From: Naegleria gruberi
Lineage: Eukaryota
NCBI GenBank assembly: GCA_000004985.1
Contig: GG738872.1
Direction: 5' to 3' (one strand)
Length of the DNA stretch: 64,000 nt
Positions 10,901 through 21,568 of this stretch are shown piece by piece. The translations under genes and the position numbers were made by a program. The notes beneath the pieces are model-generated. The model saw only the letters and a program-made list of their open reading frames with translations, made no database searches and had not been told where the DNA came from. Positions within the stretch are counted from its first letter, which is position 1, and the number at the start of each line of letters is the position of its first letter.

Positions 10901-13900
10901 ACTTGGTGTTAGTGGATGAGCGCAAAACTTTTGCAATAGTATCAAAGAGAGCCTTTTGGTTCTTTTCACTAATATTCTTCAAGAGATGGCTTGTGATATT
11001 GTTGACAACTTCAATAGATGGGATGAAAGTAATGGCAGAAGTTGTTGTGGCTGGCTTAGCAATAGAAATAGCTTTAAGTAAACCTTCTTCAAAGTACTTT
11101 TGTGGATTTTGGCTAGTGAGAAGATCAATATCTACGAGCTTGATCAATTTTGAAACCAATAAAATTTCCAATCTTGACAATGTTTCTCCAGATTCAATCT
11201 TCTTGAGGTAGGTTGTGAAGAGAGAGAACAATGAAGACATAACCTTAGTAGATGGAAGTTGAGAAAGCGATGAAAGTAATGAAACCTTTTCAAAAGTTGT
11301 TTCGCTAACTGTAATGACTTTCAAAATCATATCAGCAACTTCAGTTGGTAATTCAGTAATAATTTGTTGGATATGGGAACTATCTGCAGACAAATCAAAA
11401 CTTCTTGATTCGATTGTAGTGGCAATCTTTTTCAAGGTATCCTTAGATAATGGCTTGAGATGACTCTTCAAATCGTGTTCATAAAGCTTGGCTCCTGGAA
11501 CTCTCTTGATGCAAGAAATAATTGCAGAGCACATATCCTTTGACAAATTATTTTGCAAAGCAATAAAGAGACCTGGAAGTAAGAATTGGTAGTCAACATC
11601 ATCTTCCATCATCATAACACCAATCAACAAGCTTCTCATCTTTGGCTTATATGAAACAAATTCAGAATCAGAAGCCCAGAATACTGATAAGAATTGCAAG
11701 GATTGTTTCTTCAAATGCTTTTCAATCAAAACCTTAATATGAGAAGTGAATTGGTCGAAGAGTCTTGATTCAGAGATTGTAAGGAAGAATTCAGCCAAGA
11801 GAGTGGTATATTCAAACTTGGATTCACTCTTTCCATTGAAGTGGTTAATCATTTGCTTAACATTCAATGATTCGGCTTCCAAGTTTTCGAGCATTGAGTA
11901 GGCAGCATAGAACATTAAATTAATAACTGATAGGCCAGTGTCAACATTAGCTGATTGATTTGGATGGAAAACGTCCTTAGCAGAAATAGCAAGACCAGAC
12001 TTTAAGCTGAACTTCTTGACCAATCTGAGAATGGAGGAAGCAATCAAAAGTTTGGCATCCTTTTTGGTGGCTTGCTTCATTGCAGAAGCCAACAAGAGTA
12101 AAACTGCCTTGGTTCCCAAACCTTCCTTAACAGCAGTATTTTCACAAATTAATGCGAGGTCTGGTTGAGATCCAATATTCTTAGCTATAGCGTTGATAAT
12201 TTGAGTATTTGTTGAGGCAGCATCCTTGATGGTGACACTAGAAAGATTCTTGAACAATGGATGGCTCAATTTTTGCAAAGATTTGATAACCTTAACATTG
12301 GTTTCTTTGAAATCAGCAGTGAGTAAGAGGAATCTGAAAACAAAGGTTAACATCTTTTCAACACTTCCAGCAGAGAATATCTTGTCAATCAAAAACTTTT
12401 CAGCAATAGTTTGAGAAAGAACCTTTGATGACTCATCTGCCTTATTATCTTCAATTTGTTTGACAATGTGGGCAATCTTATCAACAATCTTTTCAGGTGT
12501 AAGATAAATCAAAACTTCTGGTAAATTGAGGACAAAATTCAAAATTGTTGGATCTTCATCATTAAGTCTTTCCAACAAAGACTCTGTAATAAATGACTTA
12601 GTTTGTTCATCAACTGTTGTCTTGGCAATCTTTCCTAAATGTTTCAACCCAAGAATACGAACTGTCTTTTCGTGATGTTGAAGAGAGAGGTAGAGGGTAG
12701 TACTAATTTCTGGAATAATTTCATGTTGAGATCCCTTAAAAACAGATGAATAAAATTCAAGAGCTTTTCCATGTTGTTCTTCATCAAGAGTACGAAGTCC
12801 CAACTCTAACCCTCTATCAGTTTCCGAGCTATATCTTCTTTCGAATGTAAGCAATACCTTCTTGATAATTTCTGAGAATGAAGCATCAGAAATAAATAAA
12901 TTAAGTAAAACGGCAATAACCTTTGGTACAGTATTTGTGAAATCAATCTTAGTAACCATTTCTTCGAGAAGGGTAACACTATTTTGTTCGAAACTGTATT
13001 CAAGGAGAGTATTCAAAAAGGCATTCAAAAAGTTATCAATATTGTTAAGAGCAACCAATCTATTGACAGAATCCACAAAACCTTCAATTTCTGATAATGA
13101 TTTAACAAATGAAGTTCTCATCTTTGAAATAGGTTGACTTTGGAACAAGAAAACTAAACACATCAAAACACTATCCGTATCACTCTTTGTCATTACTGGA
13201 ATTAAAACTTCAATGAGGGCATCCACAACAGAAACAGAAAGAGTAACACTTGAGGAAATTTGAGTTGTAATCATCAATGAACCTGCAACCAAATCTGGAT
13301 CAAAAGACTTTAAACCATAGAATACATATGATAAAATTCTCTTCAAAGCAATTTCTTGTAATTTGTTTCCAGAAACATATTCAACAGTGAGAACAACATA
13401 AAAGTTGATGAATGACTTGTTATCAATAGATCTTTCAATATAAGCCTTCATAGCATCACAAATGAAAATGAATACTGAAAAATCTGTATAACAACGTTGT
13501 AACAAAGTAGATCTACTCATAACAACACCACTACTTTGAATAGGTTCCAAAAAGTGCCATTTAGTTGGAGTAATATTTAAAAGTTGGACAAAACGAGCAA
13601 AGAAAGTTGTTTCATGATAAGGTATAATCGAAGCCATAATAGCATCAACGTTATATATATGAATCTTGTATCTTCTGACTAAATATTCAATAGCCTTGTG
13701 TGATGCTTTTAATAAAAAGTATGGTGACAAAAGTAACATGAAAGTTTCAACTTGCTTATCCAATTTCTCGTTTTCAGACTTGGTTTCCATCTCTCTATTT
13801 CTATCCACAGAAGAAGGGTGAAAGAGTGATTCTTGGAAAGGTCCGAATCTTTGATCCAAACGAATTAATTCCTTCAACCCGTCAGCACCAATAACATGAA

Positions 13901-14033
13901 CATCCTCATAGGTTAATCTAGCAGCCTTCTCAGCAGTGAATAAGAAGGATTCCTTTCCCTTCTTTAATTTGGTGGCAGTAGTCTGAGGAAAGACTGTCTG
14001 CAAAAAGGAAAGTTGTCTTTGCAATTCGGTCAT
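7965..14033 (-). CDS. HEATR1: HEAT repeat-containing protein 1 / U3 snoRNP protein UTP10 (2,022 aa, single exon)
   Basis: N-terminus MTELQRQLSFLQ...LLLSPYFLLKASHKAIEYLVRRYKIHIYNVDAIMASIIPYHET matches the human HEATR1 N-terminus (LIHLSPYFLLKPAQKCLEWLIHRFHIHLYNQDSLIACVLPYHET). The C-terminus is a BP28CT-like acidic end (LPEMMPYVAELLESEDEEV). Confidence 0.85.
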   Translation of the reverse strand: MTELQRQLSFLQTVFPQTTATKLKKGKESFLFTAEKAARLTYEDVHVIGADGLKELIRLDQRFGPFQESLFHPSSVDRNREMETKSENEKLDKQVETFMLLLSPYFLLKASHKAIEYLVRRYKIHIYNVDAIMASIIPYHETTFFARFVQLLNITPTKWHFLEPIQSSGVVMSRSTLLQRCYTDFSVFIFICDAMKAYIERSIDNKSFINFYVVLTVEYVSGNKLQEIALKRILSYVFYGLKSFDPDLVAGSLMITTQISSSVTLSVSVVDALIEVLIPVMTKSDTDSVLMCLVFLFQSQPISKMRTSFVKSLSEIEGFVDSVNRLVALNNIDNFLNAFLNTLLEYSFEQNSVTLLEEMVTKIDFTNTVPKVIAVLLNLFISDASFSEIIKKVLLTFERRYSSETDRGLELGLRTLDEEQHGKALEFYSSVFKGSQHEIIPEISTTLYLSLQHHEKTVRILGLKHLGKIAKTTVDEQTKSFITESLLERLNDEDPTILNFVLNLPEVLIYLTPEKIVDKIAHIVKQIEDNKADESSKVLSQTIAEKFLIDKIFSAGSVEKMLTFVFRFLLLTADFKETNVKVIKSLQKLSHPLFKNLSSVTIKDAASTNTQIINAIAKNIGSQPDLALICENTAVKEGLGTKAVLLLLASAMKQATKKDAKLLIASSILRLVKKFSLKSGLAISAKDVFHPNQSANVDTGLSVINLMFYAAYSMLENLEAESLNVKQMINHFNGKSESKFEYTTLLAEFFLTISESRLFDQFTSHIKVLIEKHLKKQSLQFLSVFWASDSEFVSYKPKMRSLLIGVMMMEDDVDYQFLLPGLFIALQNNLSKDMCSAIISCIKRVPGAKLYEHDLKSHLKPLSKDTLKKIATTIESRSFDLSADSSHIQQIITELPTEVADMILKVITVSETTFEKVSLLSSLSQLPSTKVMSSLFSLFTTYLKKIESGETLSRLEILLVSKLIKLVDIDLLTSQNPQKYFEEGLLKAISIAKPATTTSAITFIPSIEVVNNITSHLLKNISEKNQKALFDTIAKVLRSSTNTKLTQVYQQILKQLPLNPEILKNYIPTTTKGMDTSDDSTDNLSELSNILELVQIMKSVPKRESLAPRLFSLLKELRVELDTNKYRVEYPITMILSVLYSISTKLDEEGEERNVLAKKVEKTFDVDLILKCLTESDSSQIRNHAILLLGELASIFPLQIIEQILAVMKAVEGSLKEKEGFAFDAIQKTVLQIVPKLVEQNMDIKFIVNVFVNSMKYIPKEKRLSFFSSLVKGTSRKNIYGFVLLMLTQCVKNGDQEDSAMITAFCHELVEYFQVSKQLVALVKLVNIGLSISKDDDPKNSFYTPSEYSDEERLALLVFILEFISEHLSSMEFLRMLILEEEKDKESSQSYLLTVAENLNQIRDNIKEPTVVDLVDEVYAKSQQLLSSQSFVAMIKALLDSSSVTMRERALFILNTRLTDEASRMVSKLIEDEDVFITLLKRLKAILSDAKSSNFLVQGSIISVELMARRFAKNKPKRFVAITPAVIAHLQHKSAAIISSAALCLSTLCFELGSDSLEFLPQICPTFTEHISAVIAKEEDILEDEDEKDDADSKQLLVFGILSALELISRVHLKFMSPYLKSIMNILLSTRIIHSTSKKIAQKASDILFFLATNAETRHILEPVFASLEASVAFGHESVVKLMTVVYEIVNVMDAKSVESFHLNIIDFFLEALDLRRKGKFEGKALETVEKAICSSFEAFVLKLNEDLLKPSIKKMLDWAREPVSAKEDSASNYLDYGDHKFAPPDAARLIAFYKIVISMNIKLGFLFIPYFGYLWQNIIRDIKAVCGEEDEESDEEEETKENSKKRKLKELTTKKQPKLCIISSSEERNQLAYLILNALTLCFLNDRESFVSSNDRFEQLVEPLAKILGVEEVCEHNYELITKTFGSLASVVTQQQWKPLQYQVLQKTKNESTICKRTAIGCIASFYEYVGKEFIIMLPEMMPYVAELLESEDEEVLKDTRNIVLTIEQKTGEEISHFLSE

Positions 14034-14233
14034 TTTTTATCTTCAAATTTTTTTAATTTCAGCAGAATTTTTGAATCATCTTTTTGAAAGGTTTTTCATG
14101 ATGATAAATAAACGGTGAGGAATAATTTTTCCATTAACATGAAGATATAATTGTTGTAATTCAGTGGGTGCCTTTTTGAAAATCCATAGATCTGTTTTGC
14201 AATACACAACAAGGTAATTAAATAATTAAAAAA

Positions 14234-15814
14234 ATGAAAAGACTCGGAACTATGAAATGGCTCAAGCCTTCCTCTTCTCCATCATGGATCAAGAGTAGAA
14301 ACGCTCAAACTCCTTTGAAAAACGTATCGGATTGTTGGAGAAATTATTCTTCATTGATTGAAAAGATGAGGTAAATTTTCATCATCATCAAAATTTAATA
14401 TAAAATTGTGTAGTGTTAAACAAGCTCGTTTGGAACAAAATATTGATAAGAAAGTACTTGTAGAAGGATGGGTTCGTACATCAAGAATTCAAAAGGATGT
14501 TTGCTTTGTGGAAGTCAATGACGGATCTTGCAATCCAAATTTACAAATTGTTTTTGATAAGAATTCAATGTAAGTGGAATAACACACAAATGATTTACAC
14601 AATCAAGTCCTGCTGAAGAACTTTCTAAAATTCAAAATGGTGCCAGTGTTAGAATTACTGGTCAATTAATTAAATCACCTGGTAAGGGACAAACTACTGA
14701 ACTCGCCAACCCAACTGAAGTTACAGTTCTTGGTGCTTGTCCTCAAGATGTTTATCCATTACAAAAGAAGGGTCACTCTGTGGAATTTTTGAGAGAAATC
14801 TCACATTTGAGAAGTAGAACCAATACTGGTGCTGCTGTTCTCAGAGTTAGAAATGCTGCCATGATGGCCATTCATGAATATTTCCAAAACCTTGATTTTA
14901 TACAAATTCATACCCCAATTTTGACCAGTAGTGACTGTGAAGGAGCTGGTGAGCAATTCAAAGTAATTTCCGAACAACACAAAGATTTCTTTGGAGAAAA
15001 TGTCAATGCTTATTTGACGGTCAGTGGTCAATTAGAAGCTGAAATTTTTGCCTCCTCAATGTCAAAGGTTTATACTTTCGGACCAACATTCAGAGCTGAA
15101 GATTCTAGAACATCTAGACATCTTGCTGAATTCTGGATGGTTGAGATGGAACAAGCATTTATTGGTTTACCTCAAATTGTAGAACACTCTGAAAATATGG
15201 TTAGACATGCTGTTTCAAGAGTTTTGGAAAGATGCGAAGAGGATATTCACTTCTTCAATAAGTGGTACAAGAATACGCTCATGGAAGATTTGACTAAGGT
15301 TGCTGATAAGCGAACAAAGTTTGTTTCTCTCACATATACAGATGCTGTTGAATTATTACAAAAGGATGCTATCCAAAAGAATGGAATTAAATTTGAATAT
15401 CCAGTTGAGTGGGGTGTTAATTTACATAGTGAACATGAAGTTTATTTGTGCAAATACTTTAATAGTCCAGTATTTGTAACAAATTATCCAAAAGAAATCA
15501 AGCCATTCTATGCTAGAGTTGATGATAATGGAAAGACCATGTCTGCCGTTGATTTGCTCGTTCCTGATTTGGGTGAATTGATTGGCGGCTCAGTAAGAGA
15601 AGAAAGATACGATATTTTAATACAAAACATGAAGGACAAGGGAATGAAGGATACTAAAGATTATGAATGGTATTTAGATTTGAGAAAGTATGGTACTGTT
15701 CCTCATGGTGGATTTGGTCTTGGCTTTGAAAGATTAATTCTCTTCTTGACAGGTATTCCAAATATTAGAGAAACCATTCCAATTTATCGTGCTCCTGGTT
15801 TTTGTAAATTTTAA
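14234..15814 (+). CDS. Asparaginyl-tRNA synthetase, three exons (14234..14370, 14414..14569, 14608..15814)
   Basis: Class II aaRS motifs: FRAEDSRTSRHLAEFWMVE (motif 2) and GGFGLGFERLILFLTGIPNIRETIPIYRAPG (motif 3). The N-terminal anticodon-binding OB fold (VLVEGWVRTSRIQKDVCFVEVNDGSC) lies in the upstream exons. Introns are 43 nt (14371..14413) and 38 nt (14570..14607), both GT..AG. The track ORF 14780..15814 is only the 3' part. Confidence 0.9.
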
Positions 15815-15941
15815 ATTATTTCATTATCTTCTTCTTTTTGAATTTAATATTAAATCTTATTTTTTAAATTAATTTTTAATTCATTTTACAGAGAATTATC
15901 AAATCATCCATCAAATTCTAGCATCACACAACAATAAAAAA

Positions 15942-18900
15942 ATGAGCGTCAAATCACCCAAGCTTACACCAGAGCAAATCAAGGGCTTGGATCCAACAGC
16001 ACCACCTATTGTTGATGTACTGAACAATGGTCAGGCATTCTTCTCTTCAATGAAGGTACACTATTGCGATGTACATCCGGTAAAATCGTGGGTTGTTTTT
16101 GCTGATAAGAGAGGATCTGTTTATTTATTTGATTATATTCAAAATGACTTGTTACATACCTTCTCATTAAATTCAATGTTTGAAAGTAAGAAGGAAGAAA
16201 CAAATTTGTATAAAACACTTGATAAGAATTTTAAGAATGTTCAACTTCCGTACTGGTATGATGAAGAATTATTATCATCAAAGAATGAAAAGTTTGGAGA
16301 TTTAAAATCTGTTAAATTCTATGATGAACATGTTCAATATTGGAAACTTAGGCAATTAAATAACATGAGTGGATCGGATCAAATTCAAAATGTTCAATCT
16401 CCAGTCATGAGAGTTGGAGGTGTTGATAATGATGATGAATCAAGATCGAGAATGGTAGGAGTGAATGGTGCTGTTGGTTTTGCAAATGCTGACAGACCAC
16501 CAAAATGTATTGTATTACATACTGAGAGTAGAATTATCATGTTGAGATATGATGAAGTTAGTTCCCTTCTCTTCTTTTTCGATGATGTTAAATCAAGTCA
16601 ATTGGATGGAAAGTCTATTGTTTGTTTCGATTTCCTTTACAAACAACCAATTGTAGCACTTGGATGTAGTGATGGATCTATTAGATTCTGGGACTTCCAA
16701 CAACGTAAAGTTCTCAATAAGATTATCCCTAATGTTCACTCAAAAGGTATTTCACAATTATTAACAGTTCCGAGGGATGATCCTCTGAGTAGATATCCAG
16801 GAATTGTCACCACATCATCTGATGGTAGTTTAGCATTATGGAATTTGGATACTGAAAAAGCTGAATATACAGAAGCTAAATGCCAAGGTGGAGGTATTTC
16901 AAGCATGTTCATAGATACAAATTCTGGATACTTGATCACAGCAGGTATTGATAAAAGTATTGCAGTGAGAAGTCTCAACTCAGGAAGAATAATCAAACAA
17001 ACTAAAACAAAGGTACCAATGAAAAGTTTATCTATGGTGACAACTTGCAATTGTTCACCATCCTGGCTACTAATGCTTGAAAATAAGAAACAAAAGAGAC
17101 AAATCTTTAGAATGCCATCCCATTTAAACTTTGAACCAGCATTTGTTGACAATAATATTATTGATGTTACCAGTTATGCTCCTCCAAATAACAAAGATCC
17201 AAAGTTTTATACTATCCACCAACATCCACTTCAACAAGATTTAATATTTATTGGTACAAGCTTTGGTTTAATGTTAGCCAAGATGACTTACAATAGAAAA
17301 CCAGCAATTTGTTCTGGATTTTTAAGAGCTGATGCTCTCTTAGGTCAATCAAGTGAACCTGAAATGCCTTCATTTGATACACCAATCGATCCAAAGGTTT
17401 CACAAGGTAGTAACGATCAAGAAAAGAAAAAATATTGTATATATGTAAGAGAGAAGAACGTTTATCAAAGATTTGTAGAAACCAATTCAGAAGGAAAGAA
17501 AGAATTTTCATCAGAAAAAGTTGTCTATAATATGGGTAAACTTTCTAATGTGAAACTGGACGTAAGCTATAGTGGTAGATATGTTTCTATTTTATGGGAA
17601 AGCGAGAGAGAATATTTTGTGTTTGATATTTCTAAAGATACATGGAGAAATATTGCCTCTGAAAGAGAATGCTCAAATATTGTGTGGAGTTCTTCTAGTG
17701 ATACCTTTGCCATTCTCAAGGGCAATTTTACTTCCAAAAAGGTGTCTGTTAAAAAGATTGAAAATTCAAGTGTAAAGTTAGTATGTGAAAATGTATCTAT
17801 CAATGGAGGAAGTATCGATGATATTTATGGAGGAGTTTTACTTGGTGTAAAGTACTCTAATTTTACTGATGAAAGTGGATTCCAACTTTATAATTGGAGT
17901 GGTGTTGATGCATTTGGTTCCTCAACGGAACCATACCTTCCAAAACCTCAATTCGTTGTTTGGGATAATTTGAGTGGAAAGTGTTTGATGGCCTATCAGG
18001 ATTCATATGCTATCTTTAATTCAAAACCATCATTCAAAATGGAGTACTATGTAGAAGAAAAGATTCAATCAGCTTTCTGGTGGAATTCAACCCTCCTCAT
18101 CTCTACCGAGACTGAAATCAAATGTGTTTTCGTTACAACTGGAAAAATATTCTCAACTGTACTGGCCAGTACTGATGTTGCATTCTATTCACAAATATCT
18201 CAAAAGACACCATTGGATGAACAAAGTAGTTTAGACCCTATTCCATTACCTAAACCTAAAGGTGACATTTCTTTCATGGATGTTGTTGGTGATAATTTGT
18301 ATGTCATTGATGGTTTGTCACAAATCCATACTATCAATAATATTTCAATTACTCCAAGTATCAAGTTTAGAATGCTTGTTGCTGCAGGGCTAACTAAGAA
18401 AGCCATGGAATGGATCCCTTTCATTGCTCAAGAAATTCATGATTACTTGGCTGACTTTTTGTGCGCCTTTGGATACACCAGAGAAGCATGTTCTATTGAT
18501 TCCCTTTCCTCATATAAGAGATTACAATTATGTTTCGAACATGAACACATCAAGTATGGTATTGATGCTCTAACTTATTTGGATGAAAATAGATATTTCT
18601 ACAAACAAGATAATTCTCGATCTTCAAACAAGAAAGAAGAGGATAATTTAGAATTGAGTCGTTTGTTTGTACGTTTGGGATCTGTTGGAGAAAAGAAGTT
18701 GAACAAAATTGCTTCTCATAAGGTAGCTGTATCCCCTCGTTCTAACAATCATTTCATTACTCAATCAGAGAATACTAATGGAATTGAAGGAGAGTTATCT
18801 ACAGAAGAGATTTTACAAATTATTGAACAAAGCTACAGAAGAGCAGCTGAACTCGAGCCAAGTACCTATTCTCACCTCATTATATTTTGTGCTAAACACT

Positions 18901-19157
18901 TCCCAGAAAAGTTGCAAGATATTAGATCAGACATTTATACTAAAATGGAAACCTCTTGTGAAGACGATCATGTAATGTTCAACCAATCATTGACTATGCT
19001 TGCTCTCGTTTCTAAGGACTTTGCTCTTGCTTCAACACTTTTCCAACAAGCCAACAAATGGAGTCAAGCTGCTACATTGGATAACTCTAAAGTTGATTCT
19101 TGGAATGGTTTCCTCAACTCTAAACCAAACTCTTTACCTGTAAACATTGGAAATTAA
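15942..19157 (+). CDS. Coatomer-like beta-propeller + alpha-solenoid protein (1,071 aa). Divergent beta'-COP/alpha-COP architecture; candidate TSET TTRAY-type subunit
   Basis: N-terminal WD40 pattern collinear with beta'-COP (HP..W......G.V.....Q..TF). Internal IYGGVLLGVKYSNFTDESGFQLYNW corresponds to beta'-COP IYGGFLLGVRSVNGLAFYDWDN, with an alpha-solenoid tail. Too divergent to be canonical beta'-COP. Confidence 0.55.
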   Translation: MSVKSPKLTPEQIKGLDPTAPPIVDVLNNGQAFFSSMKVHYCDVHPVKSWVVFADKRGSVYLFDYIQNDLLHTFSLNSMFESKKEETNLYKTLDKNFKNVQLPYWYDEELLSSKNEKFGDLKSVKFYDEHVQYWKLRQLNNMSGSDQIQNVQSPVMRVGGVDNDDESRSRMVGVNGAVGFANADRPPKCIVLHTESRIIMLRYDEVSSLLFFFDDVKSSQLDGKSIVCFDFLYKQPIVALGCSDGSIRFWDFQQRKVLNKIIPNVHSKGISQLLTVPRDDPLSRYPGIVTTSSDGSLALWNLDTEKAEYTEAKCQGGGISSMFIDTNSGYLITAGIDKSIAVRSLNSGRIIKQTKTKVPMKSLSMVTTCNCSPSWLLMLENKKQKRQIFRMPSHLNFEPAFVDNNIIDVTSYAPPNNKDPKFYTIHQHPLQQDLIFIGTSFGLMLAKMTYNRKPAICSGFLRADALLGQSSEPEMPSFDTPIDPKVSQGSNDQEKKKYCIYVREKNVYQRFVETNSEGKKEFSSEKVVYNMGKLSNVKLDVSYSGRYVSILWESEREYFVFDISKDTWRNIASERECSNIVWSSSSDTFAILKGNFTSKKVSVKKIENSSVKLVCENVSINGGSIDDIYGGVLLGVKYSNFTDESGFQLYNWSGVDAFGSSTEPYLPKPQFVVWDNLSGKCLMAYQDSYAIFNSKPSFKMEYYVEEKIQSAFWWNSTLLISTETEIKCVFVTTGKIFSTVLASTDVAFYSQISQKTPLDEQSSLDPIPLPKPKGDISFMDVVGDNLYVIDGLSQIHTINNISITPSIKFRMLVAAGLTKKAMEWIPFIAQEIHDYLADFLCAFGYTREACSIDSLSSYKRLQLCFEHEHIKYGIDALTYLDENRYFYKQDNSRSSNKKEEDNLELSRLFVRLGSVGEKKLNKIASHKVAVSPRSNNHFITQSENTNGIEGELSTEEILQIIEQSYRRAAELEPSTYSHLIIFCAKHFPEKLQDIRSDIYTKMETSCEDDHVMFNQSLTMLALVSKDFALASTLFQQANKWSQAATLDNSKVDSWNGFLNSKPNSLPVNIGN

Positions 19158-19407
19158 AAGCAGTGCTAATTTATTAACAAAATAAAGTGTATAAAAGACC
19201 TCATTCTTATTGGTATGCTTTTATTAATCAATCAACATATTCCTTAATATTGAAGACAGATCCAATTTTCTTTATTTGATCTTGGAGGTGGATAACCTTA
19301 TCGATTCAAACTTAAAATGGGCAAAATACGGTCTTATCCTGGCAATATACTAGGTGCCCCTTAACACCTCGATGCAAAAACAAAAGAGGAAATCAATGAA
19401 TGAAAAT

Positions 19408-21321
19408 TTAATTGAATGACACATTTGGTAATTTCAAATCCTTTCCTTCTACGCTATGGTTTTGATTAGTTGTGTAAATGAAGAAGGCACGAGTTTGCAA
19501 GTGTTCTTCATTTGGAATGACAAAGTAAGGATTTGGAGTCATCTTGTCACCATATTTTTGAATTAGCTCTGGAGCTTTCAAAATTTCACACAATGCCAAA
19601 CATCCAATTTGATTGGATTTGAAGGTGATGGAATTGTTCCAACCTGATTGATATCTCATATAACCAAAGGAAACATTTGCATTTCCTGCCAAATATACTC
19701 CTGCTCCATAAGCTGCTCCATTAACCATCCCACCTGTATTTGACAAGTTCAACAATCCTTTTCTCATGATTGAGTGCCAGTTACCCAAGGCAGAGCCATG
19801 GAATGCAAGAATTGACCCATATTTCTTCTTCAATTCTTGGAATCTTCTTTCCTTGTCAGGAGTACTGCTCAACAAGATGTATTGATGGTCTGTTTTCATT
19901 TCAGAAAGTTGTTCCTTGCCTACAAGTTTCTTCATGTGAACACGAGCAGAAGCCAAAATCCAACGCAAAAGTGGGTAAACCAATGGATGCTTTTCATCAC
20001 ATCTTTCTTTAAGTTTACCTTCGTCAACCCATTCTTCTAAAATTTTAAGGTTTGGTACCTTGTCAAGAACTTCTCTAACCTTTGCATTGTCATCTTTACC
20101 ATCATTTGTCAAAAAGTTATATGTCTTCACTTGTCCAGAGGTCTTATCTCTGAGTTTGATTTCCAAATTGCTTGGGAATGGTTGGAATGGATTGAATCCT
20201 CTATTCACATATGATACAGAAGCAGCATAACACACGCTAACGAATAAATCTACAACATCTGGATTCTTCTTAATAGCTGATTCCAGATCGATACCCAAAC
20301 CATATTGTTCATGAGAAAATATACAAAGAGGACTTTCACAACACATTGGTTTGATACCTTCAAGTGGTAACTTATTTCCACAAATCAAACATTTTGAAGG
20401 ACTTGTTTTGATTATAGATTCAGTATACTCTAACAAGTATTCCATATAATTCTTTCCAGTCTTTGGTTGAAGAGTGTTTCTGTATTGTTCAATTGGCCAA
20501 TAAATTGCAAAGAAATCTCTTTCAAGTCTTTGTTGAACTGTCCAATAAAGACCAAATTTAACCTTTCCATTATCGATCAAAGAATATGCGTCCCTAATTG
20601 AAACATCACCACATTGGAATGCTTCAACAACTGGTTTAGTTGCAGATTCAGTGTAATAATTTGAAAAAGTAATAGTAATACAAATCCACTTTTCCAAATC
20701 AAGTTGCCAAGCTTCAGCAAGAAGTGGAGTAATATTCAAACGATTTGGATTTGTAAATAAATATACTTTGATTTGATCCATTCCTGATGCACCTCTACAA
20801 CCGAGCCATCCTTTTGTTTTTCTAACAACGGTCAAATCATGTTCAATAGACTCAAATCTCTTACGTTTTTCATCATCTTCCATTGATGAGTCATCAATAA
20901 ATACTGCCTCTTCATCGGCCATATCATCATCTCCACCAAATATATGATCACCATGACCATGTGATGTTCCTGGTGTAGGAGTAGGAATCTCTTCCAAAAA
21001 CTTTTCTCTCTGCACTTTCATCATGTGGAATACTTGAGAGAGAACCTCTTGAATATTTTCTCCAGGAATATCATGACTCTCCTCTGCAACTATACAAATA
21101 TGTTCACCTGTTGGATATGATTTTGGAATTGTGATGGAAACCTTTGTTTCATAACTTTCAGAATAGTCGAGATCAGCCTGGCAAGTAACAATCCACTCAT
21201 CATCAGATTTAAAATTAAATCTTCTCACCCACGGATCATCTAGATTGAAATAATCATCTTGGAAAGCTTCCTTCCACTCATTAATTTCTCTCTGAATCTT
21301 GTTTGCCAATTCGGATGACAT
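19408..21321 (-). CDS. PARP6/PARP8-like mono-ADP-ribosyltransferase (637 aa, single exon)
   Basis: Cys-rich region (CLICGNKLPLEGIKPMCCESPLCIFSHEQYGLGI, cf. human PARP6 CVVCDEQHVFQNGSMLKPAVCTRELCVFSFYTLGV) and a C-terminal PARP catalytic fold (YGSILAFHGSALGNWHSIMRKGLLN...GAAYGAGVYLAGNANVSFGY, cf. PARP6 YGSTFAFHGSHIENWHSILRNGLVN...GAAYGKGIYLSPISSISFGY). Confidence 0.8.
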   Translation of the reverse strand: MSSELANKIQREINEWKEAFQDDYFNLDDPWVRRFNFKSDDEWIVTCQADLDYSESYETKVSITIPKSYPTGEHICIVAEESHDIPGENIQEVLSQVFHMMKVQREKFLEEIPTPTPGTSHGHGDHIFGGDDDMADEEAVFIDDSSMEDDEKRKRFESIEHDLTVVRKTKGWLGCRGASGMDQIKVYLFTNPNRLNITPLLAEAWQLDLEKWICITITFSNYYTESATKPVVEAFQCGDVSIRDAYSLIDNGKVKFGLYWTVQQRLERDFFAIYWPIEQYRNTLQPKTGKNYMEYLLEYTESIIKTSPSKCLICGNKLPLEGIKPMCCESPLCIFSHEQYGLGIDLESAIKKNPDVVDLFVSVCYAASVSYVNRGFNPFQPFPSNLEIKLRDKTSGQVKTYNFLTNDGKDDNAKVREVLDKVPNLKILEEWVDEGKLKERCDEKHPLVYPLLRWILASARVHMKKLVGKEQLSEMKTDHQYILLSSTPDKERRFQELKKKYGSILAFHGSALGNWHSIMRKGLLNLSNTGGMVNGAAYGAGVYLAGNANVSFGYMRYQSGWNNSITFKSNQIGCLALCEILKAPELIQKYGDKMTPNPYFVIPNEEHLQTRAFFIYTTNQNHSVEGKDLKLPNVSFN

Positions 21322-21568
21322 GATGATGAAGGGTAATGAATTTGTTTTTTTTGATTTTGAAAAATCAGTGATATTAATAGCACTAACTGAGAAGAACTCC
21401 AGGTTACCAGTTTGTTATTATCGCTCTGTAGTTCAATTAATTTATTGTAACAGGTTAGTATCTTCATTGTTCCACCAATAGGATCAGGACGTGCTAATGT
21501 GGAATTAACACATATTTAAAATAATATTAATAATATATTAGTTTGATTTGATTCAACGAAGAGAAAAA

